64,000 nucleotides of DNA. Source: the human T2T-CHM13v2.0 reference genome, Homo sapiens. The stretch lies in assembly GCF_009914755.1 (NCBI RefSeq), contig NC_060930.1; one strand, written 5' to 3'. The notes below the pieces were generated by a model. That model was not told where the DNA came from. It saw only the letters and a list, made by a program, of their open reading frames with translations, and did not search any database. Both the position numbers and the translations under genes were made by a program. Shown here in pieces: positions 27,051-39,680 of the stretch (positions are counted from its first letter, which is position 1; every line of letters begins with the position of its first letter).

Positions 27051-28323
27051 TCACTCTCCCAATTTTAAAGTAATCCATGTCTCCACTAACATTGTGTTTG
27101 TATTTCTCCTGCTGCATTTGTCATAGTCTGTGCTGCCTTGGAACTACCTGAATTTATGTGGGACCCTCTTGAGGGCAAGAGCCAAGTCTGATCTTGTATT
27201 CTCTAACAGGCCTAGTGCAGTAGCTGGTCCTTAGTGAAGGCTCAAAAACAATTTCTACATTGTACTGAAGGAGCTATTGATGTAGTTGAAAACTTTTTTT
27301 TTTACTTAGGTAAGACATTGCCTGACTGTGATGGTTGTTAATCATTGGTTTAGGTAATATGATGTGTAATTTATTTTTTGAAGAGTATGTAATTAAAAAT
27401 GGAATAAGTTCATATCTTTGAAGGGGGAAGAATGGATATCATGACCTTACAACTTACTTCATTTTACATCCAAAATTTAGTAAATGTCTAATTTTAAAAT
27501 GATATTTGTACTCTGCCTTAATAATTTCAAGCATGCTAACCTAAACATGCATGTGAAGTTCTATAGCAAATGGAAATTCAGAAATACCAAAGGCTATTAC
27601 AACTACAAGAAGCTTGGCCACAAGAGACCATAGTACATTTAAAATAAAAATCCTATAAGATCCAAAAGATTGAATTGCTAATAGTGGAATTTCAGGCACA
27701 GAGGAGAAAAAGGGTGGATTTCATGATAAGATTTGTTCAGCCTTTCAAATCATACCATGAATGATAACTGTCTACTCATATTCTAGGCTGGTAAGAAGAC
27801 AACCAATTATGCCATCATTTCCTTACATGATTGGAAGTAATTTCTTCAGATAAAGGGACTTATGATTAAACTATAAAAATGTAGAGCAATCTATGGAGTC
27901 TTTTCTGTATCCTTGCTTGCTCTATTGTTTTACTCACAGTAAGTCACTCAGCCAACCTTATTAGATGGTTGTGTGATGGATTTTGCTCCTCTATATAAGC
28001 AAATTTAATATTTTACTCTTTCCTTCATTCAAATGTTAGATATAATATTATAGCAGAGCAGCTTTTTCTCATTGGAAGAATGTGAAATACAGGTTCTATG
28101 TGTTTGGGGCCAGTGGAGAATACTCTCCTATTTCTAATAAGATAAATCGTTCATTGAAGTAAAAGAAAAGTCGAGGAAAATCTCCCTTTAGGTATTCATT
28201 TTGAAAATCTTACTGAATCAATGTGGTTAAAATTTTTCACTTTATTTTATAGATCACATAAACATACTTCCCTCTTTTCTCCAAGCCCCATTTGTCACGT
28301 ACCCGTTAAGATACTATATGCAT

Positions 28324-28430
28324 TGTTAGTGATATCTAATAGGCAATATCTAATATTTCTGTTAGTGATATCTAAGGCAATCTCTAATATTTCTGTTAGT
28401 GAAGATCTAAGGCAATATCTAGTATTTCTG
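28324..28430. repeat. Minisatellite, 3 x 34-36 bp
   Basis: Unit tgttagtgatatctaaggcaatatctaatatttc starting at 28324, 28360 and 28394. Confidence 0.9.
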
Positions 28431-28984
28431 CAGAGGAGAAACAACATTGACATTTTTTGTTAGTCCCTTCAAGTAGAAGCTTAAGAAATTTCAGTATTTG
28501 GGAATTTAATCAACCCTAAAACAGATATTCCTTGAGGCCTGTTTTATTTTAAGGGTAGTATTTTTGTTTTTGCACATAGTATATTCTAAATTAGCTGGCA
28601 GAGAAGATATTATAAAAATGGATTCATTTTGGAGTTGCACTGTGAGCTTCTTATTCTGTAGATGGCTCTCTTTATTAATCAATCCAAGTTCCATATTTTT
28701 ACTATAAAAAGGATTGTGTTTCTTCAGAATTATGCTAACTTGTAACATAAATGCCTTTCTATGAGGCACCTGCCATAAAATAAAACTCCTCCAGAAAGAG
28801 CATAAGGATGGTGATGCTGAGTTATTCTGTATCTTCCAGGAAATCTCAAGAAGTATATGTTTCTCTGAAGGTCACATGCCTCATTGCTCTTGGAGAATAG
28901 GTTGACTTCAAGTTCATGTTCTTCTCTTTTACTGAAGTTGCATTTATTGGTCTTAGATTATCTGTCAAGAAGGATGGGAAGGAA

Positions 28985-29100
28985 AATTAAAATGCAAGCT
29001 CCAAGAGGGTACACGCTGTTTTGTTCATCATTTTCCAAGTGTCTAGCATAGCTTGAAGCATAAATAGGAATTTAATAAATGCTTATTGAATGAACGAAGA
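28985..29100 (+). mobile_element. L2 3' end
   Basis: 'gcaagctccaagaggg...gtgtctagcatag...aataaatgcttattgaatgaa'. Confidence 0.65.
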
Positions 29101-29189
29101 TCAGTGGTTTTCAGGTTCATAATTTCATTCTTTATACAGGAGATTCTTTATGTTCATAATCTCATTCTTAATTACTTCACTAAATCACA

Positions 29190-29370
29190 GAGATTAAGAA
29201 TAAGAGTTTTGGCATCAAGCAGGCCTGGATTAATTGTTGACTTTGGTTAAGTTACTAAATATTCCTTTAAACCTCAATCTCTTCTTCTGAAAAGGTGAAA
29301 AATGGGGTTGTGTATGTGAAGTGCTCCGAAGTATTTGGCACACAATAAATTCATGATAGATGGGCTTTAT
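29190..29370 (+). mobile_element. MIR remnant
   Basis: 'gactttggttaagttactaaa...aacctcaatctcttcttctgaaaa...tggcacacaataaa'. Confidence 0.6.
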
Positions 29371-30917
29371 TATGAGTAGTAGATTTTACAGGACATTTGC
29401 TTGTATTTATGCATATGAAAATCTACTTCAACTAAATAAAAAGTATCTAAATAAAGTGAGAGTTTTTTTCTTTTTTTCTTACTTATTCTGTTACATAAAA
29501 ATCGGCAGTCCCCGCCTGAGCTTAAACTGTATTTTATTCTTGAATTAATACTTCTCCGTGTATGTCTGGAGAACTGAGTCAGGGTCTTGTCTGGGGATTA
29601 TGTATACTGTACAAAGCACAGAAGTGCTTCTTGGAAAAGGCCATTATAGCGGAAGTGAAATTTGAGGCATATTGCCTTGGTCAAAGTCAAAGGCAAAAGA
29701 TTAGAGTATGGTTTTCCAGTTGCTCAGCCAGCTCAAGATTGAGTGCTAGATTAAAACTCTTAAATAAGAGTGAGCAAATACTACTAAAAGCCAAAAGCAA
29801 ACATTAAAAACGCTATCGATTTCTCAGCAAAATCTCCATTAGTCTTTTAAAACATAAGACACCTTCAGCATCATTGGTTCTAGCAGTGTCTGCAGCTGCA
29901 GAGAAGGGTATGACTTGGGGAAATGGTACCATCAGAACACAGGATGCCTGGCCAGTCTGAAATAGCAACCTCAGTGGAGATATCTTCAGCCTCCCCAGCA
30001 GCACCGTCAGCATGGCCACTCTTATTTGTGTATCACCAGTGGCACTGATGACCCAAGTATTATCATGACAGTGATATGGTGCAACAAAAGTAGGAAATGT
30101 GGGTTGCCAGCCACATGGTAACCAAGAACACTAGTTCAGATGTATTAATACTAGGAACTTGTTAGGAATGGCACCTAACAAGTTTTGTGAAATTTGTGAA
30201 AAAGTTGAGGAAAAATTAAAGTTCCTGCATGATTGTAAGTAAATTCAAATAAAATAGAGTTTTGAGATTTTTAGTGTGCCCTTAGATTTTGCCTGTAGAC
30301 TGTGACGTATGGTCCACTTTGAGAGGAAATAAGTCAATGTAAATTGTGGTTAAGAAAACCTTTAGATGATCTTGACTTGTTAAATATTCAGTGTTATATA
30401 AATTTCTGTGGGTACAAAGAAAGTGCATGATTATCATCCCTGAACAAAAATTGCTTTGGAAGAAAACAAGATTAATATTTCAGAGTTTTTAAAAACTAAA
30501 TTTCTCATTTTGTTCTGTGGAATCAATTATAAAATTCCTACTAGAATTACTGAATAAAAATCTGATTGTCATAATCCCTAGTTTTAGAGGGAGAAAGGGA
30601 ATTATAAGTCACCTACAATTAGTGTTGCTCTATATTCTCTTTGGGATCACCTTTATTAGATGATGCTCATGAAGTACGAGTGGACTAAAATTTGTTGGTT
30701 CTGCAGGAAGTGAAAAAAGTATGACATTATGCTGCATATTCCAAAGATGAAGAAATTAGTTTATAAATTAGTAGTTTAGGAGTTTGGATACAAACAACAG
30801 AAACTGACTATGGTTAGTAGATATAAATTTTGTTTTTCTAAAGGTATAATGTAGGTCACAGAATTGATAGAAAAATCTTGATATTACTCCTATGATCCTC
30901 TTGATAGAGCATTATCC

Positions 30918-33210
30918 TGTATCAGTTAACTATTGCTGTGCAAAAGCCATCTAAAACTTAATGATTTAAAAAATAGGAGTTTTGCAATTGATCATGAGTT
31001 TATAAGTCAGATGGATGACTTTCTGATCTGCTCCAAACTTGGCTGACCTTGGCTAGGCTCACTCATGCATCTTTTGTCAGCAGGGGCATCTGACATGTTT
31101 AGGGGCTAACCGGCTAATGTCTGTAGTGATGGTGATAACTCAGCCATATGTCTTTCCAGTTAGCTAACTTAAGCTTTTTCTTATAGTAGCCATATACATA
31201 TGTAGTTCTTATGGTAGGTGTATACATCTATATGTATGTAGCTACTGTAAGACTAGTGTGTATACACACACACATACACAGTCACACACATACACATGTA
31301 TATTAACTCTTGAGATCGAGGTTCAAGATTGGCATACCATCACTTCCGCCACTTGGCCAAATTAAGTCAATGGAGAAAATAAAGTCTACCTCTTGCTGGG
31401 AGGGGCTCAAAGCTACATTGAGAATTGAATGGATAAAGATGAGGGCGACAGGGAAAGAACTGGGAACATTCTATTTAAGCCCACCTTTAGTTCCCTAATT
31501 CCAGGATCCCCAGAAGCTTCCATCAGTCATGACATCAAACTTGAATTCCAGAGATGAATGATCTTAATCAGGTTCAGATATGGCTCCTTAGATATAGCTC
31601 CTTTTGATTCAGAGATGTATGAACTAAAAAGCAAGTTAGCTCTCTTTCCCTCAGCCAACATACAGTTGTGAGATAGGGACAGATAACTGCAAATGACACT
31701 TCCATCAAAAACAGGAAGCATGGGAGTCACTGGTTTGTAGCAGCTATGAAATCGAGCTGGAAACTTTTGCAGGTCCTCCTGTACTAGGAGCTGAGAATGC
31801 CCCTTAATTGGACGTGGGTTTTTTTCCCTGGGAATATCTTCTCAGCCCACTTGTCTCTACTGCTTCTTAGAAGTGGTGGGTTGCAGTCCACTGGTTTTTC
31901 TCACTCTTTACCCTGTCATCCTTCCTTGTCCATCACCTCTTTGGCTGCTTCTGAAGAAACAGTTCACCTTTGCCAGCTAATATGATTTTTGAAACTGATT
32001 CTTTCCCATAGAAAGTTGAAGGCTAAAACCCTTTTGCAATTTGAACAATTTCAGTTCCTTTTAGTCCAAGCTGGTGGTATTTCCACATGTGTACTTCCTA
32101 AAAAATCTTCCTATGAATTGAATCAAAATCCATTCCTTCTGACAAAAGATAAGCATGCCTCTTTTGAGTTACTGCTACTTTGGGATGACTTCTGTGGGAC
32201 CACAGTCTTAAGATTCCTGATGTCCTTTTGCCTAAATGAGAAAACCTGTAAACCGCCTTCATTCTTTTTTAGGTTTTGACTCTTGGTTTAGTCTTTGTCC
32301 TCAGGCTGGGGACACTGGTAATGAGAAGTTCTATTTTCCAACTCGCCAAATTATGGCTCATTATATTCTCTCCAAATTCTGCTTTCAAATTTGTCAGTGA
32401 TTTCTTTATGTTATCTTTTTTTTTCCACCTCTGTATAATATCATACACAGCTAGAACACTTTTAACATTTTTCCTGGAGATTTCTTTAGTCAAATCCAAA
32501 AGTTCACTACATACACTTTTCATCTTTCAAGTAAGGCAGGCAACTGTTCTGTCACCTGCTTCACTACCCCATAATACAGGCCACCACATTTTCATCCTCT
32601 AGTATTATTTTCTCACCATTTTTCTGACTTTTGCTAACAGTCTGCCCACTATTTTCCAGCCTCTGCTTCTTACCCAGTCCCCAAACCAATGGTGTCTTAT
32701 GTGTTTTTAAGGCAGCATCCCATTTCAGGTATCAATTTTCTGTATTCTTTAGATATTGCTGCATAATAAATCACTCCAAAAAATAGTATGAAAAGCCCTG
32801 GCATTTTATTATTGGTCACAAGTCTATGGGTCTGCTCGGCAGTTTTGATCTTGGCTGGCCTTGCTCACATGTGCATCATTCAGTGCAATGGCTGAGTGAA
32901 AAAGGATGTCTGGAGGTTGGTTGCTGTTGGCTGATAGGGGTGACTTATTATCCAGCAGATGAGTCTGGAATTATTCTCATGATGCTGGACAGAGTTTCAG
33001 GAGAGAGAAAGTAGAAACATGAAAGGCTTTTGGATGTCCAGGCTTGGAAGTGGCACACAGCCACTTTGGTCCATTCCAAGAGCCACATCGAATCATAGGG
33101 CCAAACTAGATTCAGGTGGGGAAATAGATTTTACTGCTTGATGAAAGAAACTTAAAAGTCACATTGCAGAGGCATGAATAAAGGAAAGGGTGAAGAATTT
33201 GGGCCGTTTT
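30918..33210 (-). mobile_element. MLT1 (MLT1H-like) MaLR provirus: LTR 30918-~31475, internal ~31480-32740, LTR 32741-~33210
   Basis: Two homologous reverse MLT1 LTRs, each starting tgtat...tattgctg; MaLR internal 5' end in reverse 'gcagcatcccatttcaggtatcaattttc|tgta'. Confidence 0.75.
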
Positions 33211-33589
33211 TGACATCAATTCTGGCTCTTGGGGATCTATGGAGTCAATTCTATAAGTTGTTGGCTGATTCCTGGCTCTTCCTATCTTCTCTTGGAGGGA
33301 GTACAGCAATGCTCAATGAATGCATTGGAGTGTGGCCGCATATGGGTTCCTTGCCTGCTACTGACAGTAGTGGATAACTCCTAAAATACAATTTATCTCC
33401 ATTGTTATAGCTAACAGCTCAGATCTTTGGGATTGGAGGACATCTTTGAAGTGCTTTGCCAACCCTACAACTTACTCCAAAAAATTATGCACCTAGCAAA
33501 TTTAACCCAAGATATGGTTAGGCACAACCCCTTCAGGTGTTTTAGGGAGAATGTGGGCCAGATTTCATAGGATTACTGTTTTAGTGGTA

Positions 33590-33936
33590 CAGTACTACCT
33601 CCTTATCTGTGATTTCACTTTCTGTGATTTCACCCACCTATGGGCAACTGCTCTCTGAAAATAGGTATGGTACAATAAGATAATTGAGAGAGAGAGAAGG
33701 AGAGACTACATTTGTGTGACTTTTATTATAATATATTGTTATAATTTTTCTAGTTTATTATTTGTTATTGTTATTAATCTCTTACTATGCCTAATTTTAA
33801 ATTAAAATGTATCATAGGCATGTATGGATATAGGAAAAAGCATAGTATATATGGAGTTTGGTACTATCTGTGGTTTTAGGCATCCACTGTGAGGGTCTTA
33901 GGAAGCATTCCCGTGGATAAAGGGTTACTATTACTG
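33590..33936 (+). mobile_element. MER44A (Tigger7-derived MITE)
   Basis: cagta...tactg TIRs with TA TSDs; body matches MER44A. Confidence 0.9.
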
Positions 33937-34014
33937 TATTGTATTTTGGCATGTTAACTTAAGACTTTTTTCTCTTGTTTCTACTACTCACCTTTCTTAT
34001 TCCTTTCTCCTCAG

Positions 34015-34038
34015 CTTTCTGTATGAGCTGGCTTCAGG
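34015..34038 (+). other. Candidate 24-nt microexon
   Basis: ~45-nt pyrimidine tract + cag| CTTTCTGTATGAGCTGGCTTCAGG |gtgagt. Confidence 0.3.
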
Positions 34039-34892
34039 GTGAGTGATTATTCAGAGCAAGAAAAGGATAAAATCGTTAGCATTTGAATTTCTGGGGAGAC
34101 ATTTGTACATCATCAAAAGCCATGATTCTGGCATAAACAAGAGGTTAGTCTGAATAGTTAGGCAGATTGTTGTGCCTTTGGGAATAAAGATAAATCAGTT
34201 GACCTAGGGTGGGAGTGAAGTTGAGAGAAGAGAAGAATAAAATTGGTTATTGTGAGTTCCTGGGAAAGGAAAATACACCTGGCTTGTCTTTGGGGTTGAA
34301 GCCCTTTGTGTTAGCGGGGCAATAGAAATGTGAAACAAGTTTGGGGTTCTCCAAGAAGAGGGATCTATACCTTCCTCTCCAGGTTGCAATCAGGAGAAAT
34401 TACAGGTCTCTCTGAAAAACCCTCGGTGTAGCATGGGGTCAGGACAGGAGTATGGCCCTAGTTGACAGAGATGTGTAATCTGATGGGTCCTATATCTCAC
34501 TGTAGGGTGGGAAAGGCAGCTGGGAGTGTCTGAGGTTCCCTAGTGATGGACAAAAAAGCTGACTGACTTGCAGGCATCTTGCAGTGTTGCTCATGCCAGA
34601 CACAGAACACCTGGACTGGGAGAATAGAGACCTTGAAAGGGTTCCAGATGACCACAGCAGATTGCATTACATGTCAGCTGAGATCCTGTGGTCTGAGCAG
34701 AACTATGGCACTCTCCCTTGTGAAATTAAGAAAACAGCCCCTCTCTCTGAACTATCTCTAGGAGAATTCTGTTTACCCAGATGAGACTGAGTAAAATCCA
34801 GAAAAGACAGAATTTACTTTGAACTGGAAAGATGAATGTGTCTGTTATCATCAGTAAAAAAGGAGTTTGAGAGTTAAGTATACTTATAGAAA

Positions 34893-35075
34893 TACTTTAG
34901 TTCACTGATTCCAAGATGCACGTTTTTTCACATCTTAACATATCTGAAATTGAGATACGGCTCAAAAATCCATGGTGTATCATAGTTTAGTTGGCAGTGA
35001 TTTCTCTTTCTTAATAGTACACAAAATAACACTGCATCTTACAAATGATGGTGTCTTAAATTCTATGAAATACAG
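34893..35075 (+). mobile_element. MER104 (TcMar-Tc2) MITE
   Basis: 'gattccaagatgcacgttttttcacatcttaaca...gcatcttacaaatgatgg...ttctatgaaatacagta'. Confidence 0.75.
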
Positions 35076-36607
35076 TATAATGGAATTTGTATCTTTGCAT
35101 ACTTGGGATTTGTAAATCTCACTTTTTGCCAGTGAAAATGCTAGTAATTCAAGACCTGTAGCTCAGCTATTCTTGGCATTCCTAACTCTTCTTTTATTCA
35201 CAGTGACACCTTTACTTTTAGTCCCACAAGCCTAGGGAATGACAGCTTAAGGTTGTGGGGGCACCTAAGATCAAAGGAGCTGGTCACAGCTGCTTGGAGC
35301 TGAATGCCACTTGGGGCTAGGGCAGCAATGGCATAGGGGTCACAGGCCTACTTCTGATCTATCTTTAACATTTTTGCATGTTGTCAAACTTTATTGAGGG
35401 ACCCTCTGAGATTCACCTGCACATGCAGTTCTTCCCCACATTGGTAATTGCCATGGAGCCTCCCCTTCACCACTATGAGGAATCCCAGGATGCTCAGATC
35501 CTTGAACAATCCCGTGAAAATCTGCCTGAAAGCCAGCATCCTGTGGGGTGTGGGAGTGGAATGAAATCTTCTTAACTTTCACCATGCACCATCTTTAAAG
35601 ACAGGGCCCTCCAAGACTAAATAATCTGACAGCCTTTTCATTCTTTAGAATGAATGGACTATTCTCTGGCATAGACCACTGCTGTAACAATTCCATTGTA
35701 AAGTAAACATACAATTCATTTTTTTTCATGGCATTTACTCTACATACATATTTCAGAACTTTGGCACCTAGTGTCATGATCTTAACATGGGCAGTGCCTG
35801 ATTAACACTGGCTTGGATTCTCTTCTTAATTCCATCATTTCTCTCTGGTAATATCCCTAGAAATAATCTTTTCCAATAACACCAGAAATAAGCTTTTCCA
35901 GAAATAATCTATCTTTCTCCACAGTTCTGCATTCAAGGATGCAAAAGTATAGGTAATTCTCCATGAGTCCATTTTCTCATACCCTCTGCATGAAATTTCC
36001 TTTAGAGATTAACCTCATAAATCCATTCCATATTGCAAAGCTCAGCTTTCTGGTTCTGAACTTTATTCTCCTAGAGTGTCCATGGTGCTTTGATCATATT
36101 TTTCTCCACTACATTATTCTCCCATTGAAGAAGCATTCCTATTCCCATGACTACCCAAGCTGAATCTACCCCATTCCTTGACACCACCTTCTAATAGTGC
36201 AACTTCTATAGTGAAGTGTTCCTGGATCTGTTCTATGCTGTCACTTTATTTGGGCCTGGTCAGACACTGCTTGTATCTCAATAATCCAAGATATTGGTTC
36301 TCCCAAATATAACCCCTTTATCATACCCACAACATCTCAAAGAGAATGCAGGTATATCCATTGGCAGAAAAATAAAATTATACCATTAGGTAATTATAAA
36401 TACACAGGAAGCCTGAGTATGATGCAAGACATTACTTTTCCCATCAAGTCATCTTCAAATCCAGAGACTCTACCTCAGATAGATGCCTAAGCTTCCTTTG
36501 TTTGTGGGAGCATGGCACCAGGTTCTTGAACTTCTCAGGGTTTCTCTCAGTGCCACTCTAGAAAGTTAATATAAGAGCCTTACCACGAAGAGCTGGAAGA
36601 AGATTTT

Positions 36608-36924
36608 CTTTTCTTTTCTTTCCCTTTTTTTTTTTTTTTTTTTTTTGTGATAGAGTCTCACTCTGTTACCCAGGCTGGAGTGCAATGTGCGATCTCGGCT
36701 CACTGCAAGCTCTGCCTCCTGGGTTCAAGCGATTCTCCTGCCCCAGCCTCCTGAGTAGCTGGGATTACAGGCATACACCATCACGCCCGGCTAATTTTTG
36801 TATTTTTAATGGAGATGGGGTTTCACCATGTTGGTCAGGCTGGTCTCGAACCCCTGACCCATGATCAGCCCACCTTGGCCTCCCAAAGTGCCGGGATTAC
36901 AGGTGTGAGCCACCATGCCCAGCC
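36608..36924 (-). mobile_element. AluS (Sg/Sc-like)
   Basis: Poly-T followed by reverse Alu dimer; TSD agaag(a)tttt. Confidence 0.96.
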
Positions 36925-37555
36925 AGAAGTTTTAAACCCTTCAAGTTTAAGTGAAGAATATGCAAAAAAAAAAAAATCTGTATTGGAAAATGTTGACTTT
37001 ATCTTCACATAACTCAATGGGCTCTTAGGCTAGCAGTCTCAGTATCTTTACTATGTTTTACCAAAGAGCTTCCCAAACCTCCTCAACATGACAAGAAGGA
37101 TGTGTTCAGAAAAGGGTGATGAGAAAAGAAAATTCTATTCTAGAAAAATTAGTTTCATTTTCTTTATGATAATTATAGTTTCCCCCTTCCTCAGAAAAAA
37201 AGTTTCCAAGTCTTATAAGTTACCTTTCCTTTGTAACTTGTACTTTTTCTTCATTGATGTCTCCAAAGTAAATATGTTTGATTAGGTCATTGGGATTATA
37301 TCATAAATTATCCAAGCTATAGAAAATTAGCTATGGCATTTTCCTATTACAAGAGTGCAAAAAAATTTAGTGAGTTTGAAAATAATGCTGTTTCTCCACA
37401 TAGTTGAATTTTGCATAAATGTATTTTATTTTGGACCTCATAAAAGAGACTTAGCTACTGAGAAACCCAAAGTATCTTGTTCTTATAAAACTACTTCACT
37501 TATAAAGTGTGGTCTTGTAGCATGGACTTCAAGGATAATATTACAGTAAAATTTA

Positions 37556-37853
37556 TTTCTTCTTATTTTTTTAAGACAGAGTTTCACTCTGGCACCAGGC
37601 TGGAGTGCAGTGGTGCAATCTTGGCTCACTGCAACCTTTGCCTCCTGGATTCAAGTGATTCTTGTGTCTCCGCCTCCTGAGTAGCTGGGACTACAGGAGT
37701 GGACCACCATGCCTAGCTTAATTTTATATTTTTGGTAGAGGCAGGGTTTAACCATGTTGACCAGGCTAGTCTCGAACTCCTGACCTCAAGTGATCTGCCT
37801 GCCTTGGCCTCCCAAAGTGCTGGGATGACAGGCATGAACCACCACTCCTGGCC
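37556..37853 (-). mobile_element. AluS (Sx/Sz-like)
   Basis: Perfect 18-bp TSD atattacagtaaaattta at 37538-37555 and 37854-37871. Confidence 0.97.
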
Positions 37854-37924
37854 ATATTACAGTAAAATTTAGAGGCTATGTTAGCTGAAAGTAAGCAATA
37901 TTTGTCTCAAATAAAATGGAAGAA

Positions 37925-38165
37925 AAAAGTTCTGGGATGCATATTGCTGGTGAAAGGGGATTGCTATAGTATTTCTACCAAATTTGGCAATGCATATTAA
38001 ATCCTTAAATATAGCCATAGCTCTTGACACAGCAATTCTTACCTTATGAGAATTTATCCTAAAGAAACCATTAAAAGTACACACAAAGTTTTACATATAA
38101 GGATATTCCTCACTGTATTATTTATAGCAGCTAAAATCTAGAAACAACATACATGTTTGACAAGA
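37925..38165 (+). mobile_element. L1ME-type fragment
   Basis: 'aatttggcaatgcatattaaa...cttgacacagcaattc...gaatttatcctaaagaaa'. Confidence 0.65.
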
Positions 38166-38167
38166 GG

Positions 38168-38622
38168 TATGGTAGATTGCAGATGGTCACAAATTCTTTG
38201 CAGTTGTCTCCCATAAAGAAGTGGAATCCATTTCCTCACCCCCTTGAATCTTAACTGACCTTGTGACTTGGTTTGACCAATAGAATGAGGCAAGAATGAC
38301 ATATAAATTCCAAGCACAGGCCTGAAGAGACTTTGCAGCTTCTGCTCTGTCTCTCAGAACCCTGCTACGACATGAACAAGCCAGGGCTAGCCTCCTTGAG
38401 GGTGAGAGACTTCAGGGCAAGTGAGGCCCAGCCATTTGAGCTGGCTCAGCAGGGCCCTGGCATGGGAGTAAGCCCAGCTAACATTACACGGAGCTACTGA
38501 GACATCTCAGGTGTGCTCAGCCCAAATCGCTGATCCACAGAATTGTGAGCAAATAAATAATTATCATTTTAAAGCTACTAAGTCTTAGGGTAGGTTGTTG
38601 CGCAGCAAAGACTAACTGATAT
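38168..38622 (+). mobile_element. MLT1 (G/H/I-like) solo LTR
   Basis: Starts tatggtagattgc; 'cccttgaatc...ttgtgacttg...ccaatagaatg'; ends gcagcaaagactaactgata. Confidence 0.8.
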
Positions 38623-38641
38623 GCAGAAGAATATTTTAGTT

Positions 38642-39680
38642 CAGTGTTTCCCACATTATGTTGTATAGTCCACTAGTATCTTATAAGATATTAATAGAAA
38701 TCTTAAAATGGATTATATAAGACTAATATAATAGATATGCATTATCTAATGTAGAGATATAATAATGTGTAAGAATAGATTATATAATAATAATAAAATC
38801 ATGAAAAAGGATACCATTGGTAGTCAAATAAGCATGGGAAAACTTTAAATTTACTACTGATATAGGGGTTAAGGAGAAATTATTTAGGCAGACAGTGAGG
38901 ATAAATAAGTCCTTGGTAAGGTTTTCCTTTTTATGAAAAGCAGCCCCCAAGTCATTTTCTTTTATAACAAGGAGTAGCTTGTAAAATCGAGCTGCAGACA
39001 TAGACAAACAAGTTCAAAGCTTGCGTGGGTGAATGCTGGCAGTTGTACCAATAGGAAAAAGCCACTTGGGACTAGGCATGTTCACAATGGTGGCTCCATT
39101 TTCCCTTCTTTTTGCAGGCCACATGTACAGTAAGGAACAGAAAACGTAGTGCTGCCAAGTGGAAAGCCCATTTGCATAATAAGATTAGGGTGGGGTGTCC
39201 AGCCTTCCCCACACGCTATGTAAACGTCACACCTGGTCCAGCCAATCTCTGGGCCCTATGTAACTCAGACACCGCCTCCTCAAGCCTGTCTATAAAATCC
39301 GGTGCACTCCGCTGCAGGCCGGAATTCCCAGTCCGGCGTCCCTCTCTCTCGCAAGAGAGAGAGTCGTTCTCCTTTCTCTTTCTTTTGACTATTATATATC
39401 TGCTCTGAAACTCACTACCTGCGTGTGCTCCTTCCCTAATTTTCTTGGCGCGAGATAACGAACCTCGGGTATTTACCCCAGACAAAGATGCGGCTGCACT
39501 ACTCTCTTTCAGTCTGGTCATGCACATTAACGTATTATAACTCTGAGAATTTCTTCGTAAAACACTTATTAACAGTGTTTGTCAGATTTATTAAGACTGC
39601 TCTCTTTTTTTGTGTAATATCCTCTAACATCACACCAGATGGTACTGTTTCAAGGAACACTGTATGGGTGAAGCAGTTTT
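38642..39680 (+). mobile_element. hAT-Charlie MITE (MER112/113-like), split by LTR9
   Basis: cagtgtttcccaca... start; 'gtcaaataagcatgggaaa'; right end 'ggaacactgtatgggtgaagcag'. Confidence 0.45.
38858..39498 (+). mobile_element. LTR9-family ERV1 solo LTR
   Basis: tgatataggggttaaggagaaatt...ggctgca; 4-bp TSD ctac/ctac; CCAAT at 39242 and TATAAAA at 39291. Confidence 0.85.

Noticed and set aside
29870-30120. GC-richer unique stretch, possible processed-pseudogene fragment
   Set aside because: No recognisable protein in the frames I translated, and no poly-A or TSD.
34045-34880. Possible ancient Gypsy-like LTR
   Set aside because: Only a vague resemblance; termini and family cannot be supported by eye.
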